This document shows, piece by piece, positions 8,554 to 17,943 of a stretch of DNA of 32,000 nucleotides; position 1 is the first letter of the stretch, and each line of letters opens with the position of its first letter. Source of the stretch: Xylanibacter ruminicola 23. Its GTDB lineage: Bacteria; Bacteroidota; Bacteroidia; Bacteroidales; Bacteroidaceae. The notes beneath the pieces are model-generated. The model saw only the letters and a list, made by a program, of their open reading frames with translations. It was not told the origin of the DNA and did not search any database. The position numbers and the translations under genes are program-made. The stretch is taken from the NCBI RefSeq assembly GCF_000025925.1, contig NC_014033.1, positions 90,001 to 122,000 on the forward strand. Reading direction: 5' to 3'.

Positions 8554-9519
8554 ATGGAAAATAAAGAGTGTACATTTAATGGAATGGTCCTAAACGGATT
8601 CCTCATGTTGTTTGTAACAATAGCATTGGCATTAGCAAATATCTATGCTGGTATAAAGTGGATTATCCTTTTGACAGACACAGATGGAGCCAATGGTGGC
8701 TGGCAGCTACTCTGCTGTGCAGTCCTCTTAATTGTAAGCATTGTGCTGATGTGTGGATTCCTGATGTTGGAGCCCAACGAGGCACGTGTACTTACATTCT
8801 TTGGAAAGTATAGAGGTACGTTCACAAGGACTGGATACTTTTGGGTTAACCCATTATTATCTTCTAAGAAGGTTAGTCTGCGTGCGCGAAATCTGGATGC
8901 AGAGCCTATTAAGGTAAACGACAAGACTGGTAACCCTGTAATGATTGGCCTGGTACTGGTTTGGAAACTGAAGGACACCTACAAGGCTCTGTTCGAGGTT
9001 GATACACAAACCATGGCCGCTAATCCTGCTGCTATAGGTAGCGACACCAAGGGACTGATGAACGCGCTCGAGAATTTTGTACGTGTGCAGAGCGATGCTG
9101 CCCTGCGCCAGGTGGCTGGTCAGTATGCCTACGATGATGAGGACACCAAGACAGGCGAACCTACCCTGCGCTCGAGTGCCGATGAAATCAACGAGCAGTT
9201 GGAGCAGAAACTGGATGAGCGCTTGGCACTGGCAGGTATCGAGGTGGTAGAGGCCCGCATCAACTATCTGGCCTACGCTCCTGAGATTGCAGCCGTAATG
9301 CTGCGTCGCCAGCAGGCAAGTGCTATCATCACTGCACGCGAAAAGATTGTAGAGGGCGCTGTATCGATGGTAAAGATGGCACTCGATAAGCTCTCGAACG
9401 AGGAGATAGTAGAACTCGACGATGACAAGAAGGCTGCCATGGTTAGTAATCTGCTGGTAGTGCTCTGCGGCGATGACAACGCTCAGCCCGTAGTCAATAC
9501 AGGAACGCTAAATCATTAA
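8554..9519 (+). CDS. SPFH (band 7 / stomatin-prohibitin-flotillin-HflK/C) domain membrane protein
   Basis: 321 aa. Two N-terminal hydrophobic helices. An SPFH-like core follows ([17 protein letters not shown]...[12 protein letters not shown]...[18 protein letters not shown]), then a coiled-coil tail. Confidence 0.85.
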   Translation: MENKECTFNGMVLNGFLMLFVTIALALANIYAGIKWIILLTDTDGANGGWQLLCCAVLLIVSIVLMCGFLMLEPNEARVLTFFGKYRGTFTRTGYFWVNPLLSSKKVSLRARNLDAEPIKVNDKTGNPVMIGLVLVWKLKDTYKALFEVDTQTMAANPAAIGSDTKGLMNALENFVRVQSDAALRQVAGQYAYDDEDTKTGEPTLRSSADEINEQLEQKLDERLALAGIEVVEARINYLAYAPEIAAVMLRRQQASAIITAREKIVEGAVSMVKMALDKLSNEEIVELDDDKKAAMVSNLLVVLCGDDNAQPVVNTGTLNH

Positions 9520-9546
9520 ACATTAAAGATTAAACATTAAAGATTA

Positions 9547-9738
9547 ATGGCAGAGAAGAAATCCACTAAGAGTTTTATCCTGCGTGTAGATAGTGACACG
9601 ATGGACGCAATAGAGGCCTGGGCTGCGGACGAGTTCCGCAGCACCAATGGCCAGCTGCAGTGGATCATCACCGAGGCCCTGCGCAAAGCCAAGCGTCTAC
9701 CAAAAAAGAAGAAGAACAATGAAACCAGAGAAGATTAA
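9547..9738 (+). CDS. Arc/MetJ-type ribbon-helix-helix DNA-binding protein with a Lys-rich tail
   Basis: 63 aa. The pattern is beta-strand (KSFILRVDSD), helix 1 (TMDAIEAWAADEF), turn (RSTNG), helix 2 (QLQWIITEALRKA). It lies 27 nt after the SPFH gene on the same strand. Confidence 0.7.
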   Translation: MAEKKSTKSFILRVDSDTMDAIEAWAADEFRSTNGQLQWIITEALRKAKRLPKKKKNNETRED

Positions 9739-9750
9739 AGTTAAAGCGAA

Positions 9751-10950
9751 ATGAAAAAACTATTCTTCACCCTTGTCTTAGTCTGCATAGGCCTGACCGC
9801 CACTGCGCAGGAGGTGCGCAGAAGTTGGAGTGGTAATCTGGAAGCGATGGGACAGAAACTGCCCATCGTACTGAACCTGGTTGACGGCAAGTGTACGCTC
9901 GATAGTCCTGCCCAAGGTGCAACAGGCATCCCTGCCACTGTAGACCTGCTCACAAAAGACTCGATAAAGATCAGCGTCAAGTCGCTTGGTGCCACATATG
10001 TTGCATGCTTTGTAGATGGTCAACTGCAGGGAACTTTCGCCCAAGCAGGTATGAAGTTGCCACTCAACATGAAAGAGATCTCGCCCGATGGTCCCAATCG
10101 TCCACAAACACCAAAGGGGCCATTCCCCTACACCACAGAGGAGGTGACATTTACCAACACCAAGGCTGGCGCAACTTTGGCAGGCACACTGACTGTCCCC
10201 CAAGGCGGAGCTAAATGCGTAATGATTATGGTGACAGGCAGTGGACCAGAGAATCGCGATGAAGAGATATACGCCCACAAGCCATTTGCAGTGATTGCTG
10301 ACCGCCTGGCGCGCGCTGGCATAGCCACACTGCGATATGACGATCGTGCCACAGGTCAGTCGGTGGGTGGAGATATGAAAAACGCCACATCGATCGACTT
10401 AGCCGAAGATGCCGCTGCAGGCATCGAGTGGCTGCGTGCGCAGAAGCGATTCAAGAAGGTGGGACTGCTGGGTCACAGCGAGGGCGGACTGATAGCCTTT
10501 ATGCTGGGTGCACAAAAGAAGGTAGACTTCATTGTATCACTGGCTGGTCCAGCAGTTAAGGGCGATAGTATCCTGCTATATCAGAGCAGAAACAGCGGCA
10601 GTCCACTTGCTAAGGGTATCACCATGGAGTATCTGCGCAATATGATGAAGGGCAATAAGTGGGTGGAGTGGTTTATGGACTATGATCCAACTGAAAATAT
10701 CGCCAAGACCAAGTGCCCAGTGCTGGCACTTAATGGCACCAAGGATTGTCAGGTGCCCGCTGCACAGAATATCCCAGTACTACGCCGCCTGCTGGCCAAG
10801 AACAAAAAGACGATCATCAAGGAGTGTGAAGGATTGAACCATCTGTTCCAACACTGCGATACAGGTCGCCCTGATGAATACTACAATATTGAAGAAACCA
10901 TCGCTGAAGAGGTACTTGCAGATATTGTTGGTTGGGTCAATAAGCTATAA
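9751..10950 (+). CDS. Secreted alpha/beta-fold hydrolase (serine esterase/peptidase type)
   Basis: 399 aa with a signal peptide (MKKLFFTLVLVCIGLTATAQE). The nucleophile elbow is LGHSEGG. C-terminal region GTKDCQVP...GLNHLF supplies the Asp/His candidates. Confidence 0.78.
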   Translation: MKKLFFTLVLVCIGLTATAQEVRRSWSGNLEAMGQKLPIVLNLVDGKCTLDSPAQGATGIPATVDLLTKDSIKISVKSLGATYVACFVDGQLQGTFAQAGMKLPLNMKEISPDGPNRPQTPKGPFPYTTEEVTFTNTKAGATLAGTLTVPQGGAKCVMIMVTGSGPENRDEEIYAHKPFAVIADRLARAGIATLRYDDRATGQSVGGDMKNATSIDLAEDAAAGIEWLRAQKRFKKVGLLGHSEGGLIAFMLGAQKKVDFIVSLAGPAVKGDSILLYQSRNSGSPLAKGITMEYLRNMMKGNKWVEWFMDYDPTENIAKTKCPVLALNGTKDCQVPAAQNIPVLRRLLAKNKKTIIKECEGLNHLFQHCDTGRPDEYYNIEETIAEEVLADIVGWVNKL

Positions 10951-10957
10951 CAAATAA

Positions 10958-10985
10958 AAATCCCTCGCTTATTGGCGAGGGATTT
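10958..10985. terminator. Bidirectional hairpin terminator (copy 2 of the repeated element)
   Basis: Same 11 bp stem as at 7275..7302 (AAATCCCTCGC / GCGAGGGATTT), loop TTATTG. It is followed by a T-rich run and sits between the hydrolase stop and the GH67 stop. Confidence 0.6.
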
Positions 10986-10992
10986 GTTGTTT

Positions 10993-12912
10993 TTATTTCT
11001 TTGTAAAACTACTGAAGTAATCCATACATACTTTCTGCCATTCCTTGGCATTTTCGAGTTGATGCTGTAAGCGGGCATCTACTTCTTGCCAGCGCTGCTC
11101 GTCGATGTTTGGTTTGGTCTCGTTCCAGATGCGGATAAAGTCCTCAACCTCTTTCACGCCACGTGCGTAGCGATAGTCCATCTCCTCAAGTACGGTGCGA
11201 CCGCTTTTCAGTCGGTAGCTCCATGGCACTCGGTGGAACCACAGCAGGTAGCGCTCTGGACAGGTGTTGATGTTGTCGTACAGTGTGCAGTATGGCTCTC
11301 GATACTGTGCTGTGGCATTCGAACCGGTATGAGTACGGTTGAAACCAATGCTGTCGTTGTTGGCCTTATGGTAGTAAACAGGGCACCACTCCAGGGGAAC
11401 GTGTGCATTGTAACCGTCAGGCTCGGGTCCGTAGTGCTCATCAAATGCAAAGATATGGTGCAATCCTATTGGCATCATATAATCTACACAAGCCTCGCGA
11501 CTGCGCAGCATCATCGACTTTAATGCTTCGTTATTCGAAGCATTAAATGTCAGACCCAGCCATTCTTCTGCAATCTGCTCGCTGGTCAGGTTCGGATTCC
11601 ATGCCAGACGACCAAAGGCATACCAGTTGGCCTGTGAGAAGTGGTGACCGCACCAGTTCTTATCCAATCCGATGTTGGCAACACCTGCAATGCCAACTAA
11701 TTTCTCGGGTGCAACAAATCCAAAGAACTCGCGCCACATGGGGGCTAAGTAGGTAAGGTGGCGCGACTGGCCTAAGTATTCCTGAGTAATCTGCAACTCG
11801 GCCATTTGTTTTGTGTTTTTAATATTGTCGAAGATAGGAGCGTACGGTTCGCGTGGTTGGAAGTCCAGAGGACCATTCTTTGACTGCAGAATCACATTGT
11901 CGCGGAACTTGCCATCCAGGTCCTTAAATTCGCTTACAGCCTGCTTGACGCGGTCCTCGCCACTATGGGCAGCACCATATACAAAACTGCGCCACATGAT
12001 GATGCCGCCGAATGGTTTCACTGCATCGGCCAGCATGTTTGCACCATCAGCATGCGTGCGCTTATAGTCGAATGGTCCAGGCTGTCCTTCCGAGTTGGCC
12101 TTTACCAGGAATCCGCCAAAGTCGGGAATCTGTGCATATATCTCCTTAGCCTTTGCTTTCCACCAGGCTTTTACTTTGGGGTTCAGCGGGTCGGCCGTCT
12201 TGATGGGCTTGCCGCCATTAAAGCCTTTGGCAGGAATGCTCATGGGCGAAGCAAAGTTAACCGAGAGATACACCTTGATGCCATAGGGGCGCAGGATGTC
12301 GGCATACTGCTTTACCTTATTAATATATATAGCCGACAGCATCTTGGGCGAGGCATTTACATTATTCAGTACCGTACCGTTGATACCGATCGAGGCATTG
12401 GCACGTGCATATTCTTTTATCAGTTCAGCGTCGATGGGCTGATCGGGATCCTCTACAAAGATGGTGCGACCGTGGAATTTTCTTTCGCCGGCTTTACCTT
12501 TCCAGAAAATGCTCAATCCAGCGTAACCGCGCTCGATAGTGCCATTCATGTTGTCCCAGTGGTTCAATATGCGCAGTTTGTAGAATGGCTCACTGCCGGT
12601 AGTCTCGCCACGCAACAATGCATAGGCGCCATACAATAATCCGATCTCGTTTTTGGCAGAGATTACACTGTTCACTTTTCCCTGTTCACTATTCACTTTG
12701 ATGCAGTACGCATCCTGTTCCATTGTTGCATCAATCTTCAGGGTTACATTTTGGGTACTGTAGGTTCTCAGTTCCTGGGCAGCGATGCACTCAGGTCCGG
12801 TAACCTTTGCTTTGTTGATAGGTTGTTGTCTTAGCCACAGTTGGTGACCATCCTCAGCCTTTGCCATCCCAGCAAAGACCAATGCCATTAAGAGTAATGT
12901 TAGTATCTTCAT
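10993..12912 (-). CDS. GH67-type alpha-glucuronidase
   Basis: 639 aa. A signal peptide is followed by EDGHQLWLR, matching the EDGY.LWLRY start typical of GH67. Other family-like stretches: GIIMWRSFVYG, LQITQEYLGQ. Assigned from memory of the family, not by search. Confidence 0.8.
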   Translation of the reverse strand: MKILTLLLMALVFAGMAKAEDGHQLWLRQQPINKAKVTGPECIAAQELRTYSTQNVTLKIDATMEQDAYCIKVNSEQGKVNSVISAKNEIGLLYGAYALLRGETTGSEPFYKLRILNHWDNMNGTIERGYAGLSIFWKGKAGERKFHGRTIFVEDPDQPIDAELIKEYARANASIGINGTVLNNVNASPKMLSAIYINKVKQYADILRPYGIKVYLSVNFASPMSIPAKGFNGGKPIKTADPLNPKVKAWWKAKAKEIYAQIPDFGGFLVKANSEGQPGPFDYKRTHADGANMLADAVKPFGGIIMWRSFVYGAAHSGEDRVKQAVSEFKDLDGKFRDNVILQSKNGPLDFQPREPYAPIFDNIKNTKQMAELQITQEYLGQSRHLTYLAPMWREFFGFVAPEKLVGIAGVANIGLDKNWCGHHFSQANWYAFGRLAWNPNLTSEQIAEEWLGLTFNASNNEALKSMMLRSREACVDYMMPIGLHHIFAFDEHYGPEPDGYNAHVPLEWCPVYYHKANNDSIGFNRTHTGSNATAQYREPYCTLYDNINTCPERYLLWFHRVPWSYRLKSGRTVLEEMDYRYARGVKEVEDFIRIWNETKPNIDEQRWQEVDARLQHQLENAKEWQKVCMDYFSSFTKK

Positions 12913-12932
12913 ATTTATTGATAATTTTGTTG

Positions 12933-12940
12933 CAAAAATA
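12933..12940 (-). promoter_or_regulatory. Candidate -7 box for the GH67 gene
   Basis: The minus strand reads TATTTTTG, 20 nt upstream of the ATG at 12912. No convincing -33 element was seen. Confidence 0.3.
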
Positions 12941-12983
12941 TAAAAAATCTGTGTAATCCGCGTAATCCGTGCCTAAAAATTTG

Positions 12984-12991
12984 TACCTTTG
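12984..12991 (+). promoter_or_regulatory. Candidate -7 box for the GH35 gene
   Basis: TACCTTTG followed by CACC, 28 nt upstream of the ATG at 13020. The same extended form TAyCTTTGCACC occurs at 15428 and, on the minus strand, at 8399. Confidence 0.4.
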
Positions 12992-13019
12992 CACCAAATA
13001 AAGAAATAAAAGATACAAA

Positions 13020-15383
13020 ATGAAAAAAGTTAAACTACTGATTACTGCTTTATTGCTCACTTTTGCTCAGTTTGCTAGTGCTGGCGATTTTACTGTTGGA
13101 AACAAAACTTTCCTGCTTAATGGCGAGCCTTTTGTGGTTAAGGCGGCCGAGGTTCACTATCCGCGTATCCCCCGTCCATATTGGGAACATCGCATAAAAA
13201 TGTGTAAGGCTTTAGGTATGAACACCCTCTGTATCTATGTGTTCTGGAATATCCATGAACAGCGCGAGGGACAGTTCGATTTCACTGATAATAATGATGT
13301 GGCTGAGTTCTGCCGACTGGCCCAGAAAAATGGCATGTACGTGATTGTCCGTCCTGGTCCATACGTATGTGCCGAGTGGGAGATGGGCGGTCTGCCTTGG
13401 TGGCTGCTCAAGAAGAAAGATATCCGTCTGCGCGAGCGCGATCCTTATTTCTTGGAGCGTGTAAAAATCTTCGAGCAGAAAGTGGGCGAGCAGTTAGCTC
13501 CCCTCACCATTCAGAATGGTGGTCCTATCATCATGGTGCAGGTAGAGAATGAGTATGGCTCGTATGGCGAGGATAAACCCTATGTCTCTGAGATTCGCGA
13601 TTGCCTGCGTGGCATCTACGGCGAAAAACTCACACTGTTCCAGTGCGACTGGAGTTCAAACTTCGAAAGAAACGGTCTCGACGATTTGGTTTGGACCATG
13701 AACTTCGGTACTGGTGCTAATATCGATCACGAGTTTGCACGTCTCAAGCAGTTGCGCCCCAATGCCCCTCTGATGTGCTCTGAGTTCTGGAGCGGTTGGT
13801 TCGATAAGTGGGGGGCTAATCACGAAACACGCCCTGCCAAGGATATGGTGGATGGTATGGACGAGATGCTGTCAAAGAATATCTCGTTCTCGCTCTATAT
13901 GACACATGGCGGTACCTCGTTTGGTCATTGGGCAGGTGCTAACTCGCCAGGTTTCGCACCTGATGTAACCAGTTACGATTACGATGCTCCTATCAACGAG
14001 TATGGTGGCACCACCGAGAAGTTTTTCCAGTTGCGTAAGATGATGCAGAAGTACAGCAAAACACCGCTGCCTGCTATCCCCGCGCGCCCTGCTAACATGA
14101 TTAATATCCCTGCCTTCGAGATGCGCGAGCATGCCGATATTCTGCTGGGTGCCGACAGTCTGGTGATGAACAGTCCGCTGCGCACCATGGAGGAACTTAA
14201 TCAGGGCTGGGGCTCGATGGTATATATCACCTCGCTGCCCGATATCGATACCCCTAGTGTGCTTACCCTCAACGATGGACACGACTTTGCACAGGTGTTC
14301 ATCGATAGTACCTATATCGGTAAGATTGATCGTGTACGCAACGAAAAGAGCCTTCTGTTGCCAGCCGTAAAGAAAGGTCAGGAACTTAAGATTCTTATCG
14401 AGGCTATGGGTCGTATCAACTTTGGTCGTGCCATCAAGGATTACAAGGGCATCACCGAGAGTGTCACCCTGTCAACCGATAAGGATGGTCACGAGCTTAT
14501 CTGGAACCTGAAGCGCTGGGATATCTTTACTATTCCCGATAGCTATGCAGCTGCCAAGAAGGCACTCGATACAGCCAAGCGCGATTCGCTTACTAAAATG
14601 GTGTTCAAGGGTTCAGGCTATTATCGTGGCTATTTCAACCTCAAGAGGGTAGGCGATACCTTCCTGAATATGGAGAACTGGGGCAAGGGTCAGGTATATG
14701 TCAATGGTCATGCTATTGGTCGTTTCTGGTCTATTGGTCCTCAGCAAACCCTCTATGTGCCAGGTTGCTGGCTTAAGAAGGGTAAGAACGAGGTCGTTGT
14801 GCTCGATGTGGTAGGTCCTTCTGCTAAGGCATTCTACTTCACTAAGGACAAGAAGCGCCTTTCACCTTGGCTCTTTGCGCAGAATAAGCCTGAACTCGAT
14901 AAACTAAATGTTGAAAAATCTCGTACACATAACGATCCTGCTAATCAGCCCGATCTCAACTCTGCAACTCCAGCCCATGTAGGTCAGTTGGCAGCCGATA
15001 ATGGTTGGCAGATGGTACGTTTTGCTGCACCACAGACAGGTCGCTATCTCGCTATCCAGGCCTTATCTACCCACGAAGGTAAGGATGTGGTATCTGTAGC
15101 CGAACTCTATGCCGTTAATGCTGTTGGCGCACGCCTCAGTCGTGAACCTTGGACAGTAAAATATGCTGATAGCGAGGAGACGAAGCGTGGTAATAATACT
15201 GCTGAAAAATCTTTCGATTTGCAGGAGTCAACTTACTGGCGTACTGAGCGTGGCGCGGCACTGCCACATCTGATGGTCATCGACCTTGGTAGCGAGCAGA
15301 CGATTACTGGTTTCGATTACTTGCCACGTGCCGAGGAAGGTGCCCCAGGTAGCATCAAGGATTACAAAATCTTTGTGTATTAA
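13020..15383 (+). CDS. GH35 beta-galactosidase with a C-terminal F5/8 type C (discoidin)-like domain
   Basis: 787 aa with a signal peptide. GH35 hallmarks are present: HYPRIPRPYWEHRIKMCKALGMNT, RPGPYVCAEWEMGGLPWWL, MVQVENEYGSYG. The C-terminal ~150 aa look discoidin-like (FDLQESTYWRT...ITGFDYLPR). Confidence 0.9.
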   Translation: MKKVKLLITALLLTFAQFASAGDFTVGNKTFLLNGEPFVVKAAEVHYPRIPRPYWEHRIKMCKALGMNTLCIYVFWNIHEQREGQFDFTDNNDVAEFCRLAQKNGMYVIVRPGPYVCAEWEMGGLPWWLLKKKDIRLRERDPYFLERVKIFEQKVGEQLAPLTIQNGGPIIMVQVENEYGSYGEDKPYVSEIRDCLRGIYGEKLTLFQCDWSSNFERNGLDDLVWTMNFGTGANIDHEFARLKQLRPNAPLMCSEFWSGWFDKWGANHETRPAKDMVDGMDEMLSKNISFSLYMTHGGTSFGHWAGANSPGFAPDVTSYDYDAPINEYGGTTEKFFQLRKMMQKYSKTPLPAIPARPANMINIPAFEMREHADILLGADSLVMNSPLRTMEELNQGWGSMVYITSLPDIDTPSVLTLNDGHDFAQVFIDSTYIGKIDRVRNEKSLLLPAVKKGQELKILIEAMGRINFGRAIKDYKGITESVTLSTDKDGHELIWNLKRWDIFTIPDSYAAAKKALDTAKRDSLTKMVFKGSGYYRGYFNLKRVGDTFLNMENWGKGQVYVNGHAIGRFWSIGPQQTLYVPGCWLKKGKNEVVVLDVVGPSAKAFYFTKDKKRLSPWLFAQNKPELDKLNVEKSRTHNDPANQPDLNSATPAHVGQLAADNGWQMVRFAAPQTGRYLAIQALSTHEGKDVVSVAELYAVNAVGARLSREPWTVKYADSEETKRGNNTAEKSFDLQESTYWRTERGAALPHLMVIDLGSEQTITGFDYLPRAEEGAPGSIKDYKIFVY

Positions 15384-15404
15384 AAAATAAAATAGGTAAA
15401 AAAG

Positions 15405-15435
15405 TTGTGCGTTTTAAATAAAAACACTATCTTTG
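15405..15435 (+). promoter_or_regulatory. Candidate promoter for the polysaccharide export genes
   Basis: TTG (15405..15407), N20, TATCTTTG (15428..15435). This lies 33 nt upstream of the ATG at 15469. Confidence 0.45.
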
Positions 15436-15468
15436 CACCCGTTTTAAAACTGAAAGTATTTTTTTGAA

Positions 15469-17937
15469 ATGAAGAGATCTCTATTGGTATTATCATTGTT
15501 GCTCACCACCCTGTTGGTGCAGGCTCAGATGAGCGACATTCAGGTGATGCAGTATGTCCAGCGCGAGATGAAGAACGGTTCGTCTCAGTCGCAGATTGCT
15601 ACTAAACTCATGCAGAAAGGCGTTACCATGCAGCAGTTGCAGCGTGTGCGCAGTCAGTACGAAAAGTTGAATGGCACCTCAGCCGTGCGTTCTTCTGGAT
15701 CAACCACCGACCAGCTCACGGCCGATAGTCGTATGCGTGAGAGTAATGGTGCTGTGCGTGTTGATGCTGAGGGTAACGAGTTGTATGTACAGAAGATTGG
15801 TAGCAGCAATACCGACGAAGATATGCTCGAGAATTCTAACTTGAGCAATCGTCAGCAAGTCTATATCCCTGATTCTGTGAATACCATCAACGGCAAACGT
15901 GTGTTCGGCCGTGATATCTTCAATAACAAAGCCCTTTCGTTCGAACCCAACATGAATATTGCCACTCCTACCTCGTATATCGTAGGTCCTGGCGATAAGG
16001 TGTTCGTCGATGTCTATGGCGGTTCTCAAAAGTCAGAGCAGATGGAGGTAGGCCCCGATGGTTCTATCGTGGTTACTGGTTACGGTCCTATCCACATTGC
16101 AGGTCTGTCGGTTGCAGCTGCCAATGCTAAGATCAAGCAGACCCTTGGTAAGCGCTATAGCAGTTCAAAGATTCGCATGACGTTGGGTCAGACCCGTACC
16201 ATCATGGTCAATGTGATGGGTGAGGTGATGGCACCTGGTACTTATACCCTTTCTGCTTTTGCCAGCGTGTTCCACGCCCTGTATATGGCAGGTGGTGTTA
16301 ATAGTCTGGGTACCCTGCGTGATATCAAGGTGTTCCGTGGTGGTCGTCAGATTGCTTCGGTCGATATCTACGATTACATCCTCAATGGCAAGCTCTCTGG
16401 CAATATCCGTTTGGCCGAGAACGATGTTATTATGGTCGGTCCTTATCAGAACATCGTCGATGTGGCTGGTAATGTAAAGCGCCCCATGGCCTACGAGATG
16501 AAGAAGAACGAGAGTATTGCTACCCTGCTCAAGTATGCTGGTGGTTTTACTGGCGATGCTTATAAAAAGGCTGTTCGTGTAAATCGTACTGCTGGCGAAC
16601 AATATTCGGTATATAATGTCAACGAGTTCGATATGAGTAGCTTCCGTTTGCAGGATGGCGACTCTGTAACCGTTAGTGGTAACCTCCGCCGTTACGAGAA
16701 TATGGTCGAGATTGCAGGTGCAGTATTCCGTCCCGGCCAGTATAGCCTTGGTGGCAATGTTACCACTGTTAAGAGCTTGATTGAGCAGGCCGATGGCCTT
16801 ACCGAGGATGCTTTTGCTGGTCGCGGTGTATTGCATCGCATGAAAGAGGATCGCACCCGTCGTGTCATCTCACTCGATATCCAGGGCATTCTCAATGGTA
16901 CTGTAGCTGATGTGCCTCTGGAGAACGAAGATGTGCTCACCATTGCCTCTAAGCAGGAAAAGACCAACGAGCGTACCGTTACCATCTTTGGCGAGGTAAT
17001 GTTCCCTGCTACCTACGAGTATGCCGATGATGAGTCAATTGAAGACCTCATTATCCAGGCAGGCGGTCTCACCGATGCCGCTTCTACTGTGAAAGTCGAT
17101 GTATCACGTCGTATGATTGATCCTAAGGCTACCGAGGATTCTCGTGAGGTAGCTCAGACATTCTCTTTCACCTTGAAAGATGGTTTGGTAGTAGATGGCT
17201 CTAAGGATTTTGTGCTGCAGCCTTACGACGAGGTGTATGTACGTAAGAGCCCTGGCTATATGCCTCAGCGCAATGTAACTGTCGAAGGCGAGGTGCTCTT
17301 TGCAGGTACCTATCCTCTGGCTCATAAAAACCAGCGTCTCAGCGAGGTGGTTAAGGCTGCCGGTGGTGTTACTAAGGAAGCTTATATCCGTGGTGCCCGT
17401 ATAGAGCGCCCCATGAATGCCGACGAGAAGTTCCGCCTCAATCGTATCCTCCAGTTGGCTAAGGTACAATCTGGCGCCGGTTTCGATGCCAATAAGGTCG
17501 ATCAGGATAGTGTTTACTATGTAGCTATCGAGCTCGATAAGGCTTTGGCTAATCCTGGCTCTGATGATGATGTGGTACTCCGCGAGGGTGACCGTATCAT
17601 TGTACCCGAGTTCAGCGGTACCGTTAAGATTGATGGTAATGTGATGTATCCCAATACAGCCAGCTATAGCAGCGGTAAGAGCTATAAGTGGTACGTTCGC
17701 AACCAGGCTGGTGGCTTTGGTATGGGCGCCAAAAAGTCGCGTGCATTCATTCTCTATCAGAATGGTGCTGTTAAGAAAGCCAGCGGCGCTAAGATTGAGC
17801 CAGGCTGCGAAATTTTCGTGCCTAGCAAAACCCGCTCTGCCAACGATAAGATTAGCATGATTGCTAACCTTGGCACATCTCTCGCCACCATGGTTACCAT
17901 GCTGGCCACAGTTACAAACCTGATAAAGACATTCTAA
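15469..17937 (+). CDS. Outer-membrane polysaccharide export protein (Wza/BexD-like with multiple SLBB repeats)
   Basis: 822 aa with a signal peptide. A Poly_export-like segment is present (IVGPGDKVFVDVYG...GPDGSI). Repeated SLBB-type units follow (GEVMAPGTY, GAVFRPGQY, GEVMFPATY, GEVLFAGTY, DGNVMYPN). The C-terminus has a hydrophobic helix. Confidence 0.88.
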   Translation: MKRSLLVLSLLLTTLLVQAQMSDIQVMQYVQREMKNGSSQSQIATKLMQKGVTMQQLQRVRSQYEKLNGTSAVRSSGSTTDQLTADSRMRESNGAVRVDAEGNELYVQKIGSSNTDEDMLENSNLSNRQQVYIPDSVNTINGKRVFGRDIFNNKALSFEPNMNIATPTSYIVGPGDKVFVDVYGGSQKSEQMEVGPDGSIVVTGYGPIHIAGLSVAAANAKIKQTLGKRYSSSKIRMTLGQTRTIMVNVMGEVMAPGTYTLSAFASVFHALYMAGGVNSLGTLRDIKVFRGGRQIASVDIYDYILNGKLSGNIRLAENDVIMVGPYQNIVDVAGNVKRPMAYEMKKNESIATLLKYAGGFTGDAYKKAVRVNRTAGEQYSVYNVNEFDMSSFRLQDGDSVTVSGNLRRYENMVEIAGAVFRPGQYSLGGNVTTVKSLIEQADGLTEDAFAGRGVLHRMKEDRTRRVISLDIQGILNGTVADVPLENEDVLTIASKQEKTNERTVTIFGEVMFPATYEYADDESIEDLIIQAGGLTDAASTVKVDVSRRMIDPKATEDSREVAQTFSFTLKDGLVVDGSKDFVLQPYDEVYVRKSPGYMPQRNVTVEGEVLFAGTYPLAHKNQRLSEVVKAAGGVTKEAYIRGARIERPMNADEKFRLNRILQLAKVQSGAGFDANKVDQDSVYYVAIELDKALANPGSDDDVVLREGDRIIVPEFSGTVKIDGNVMYPNTASYSSGKSYKWYVRNQAGGFGMGAKKSRAFILYQNGAVKKASGAKIEPGCEIFVPSKTRSANDKISMIANLGTSLATMVTMLATVTNLIKTF

Positions 17938-17943
17938 CGTAAT

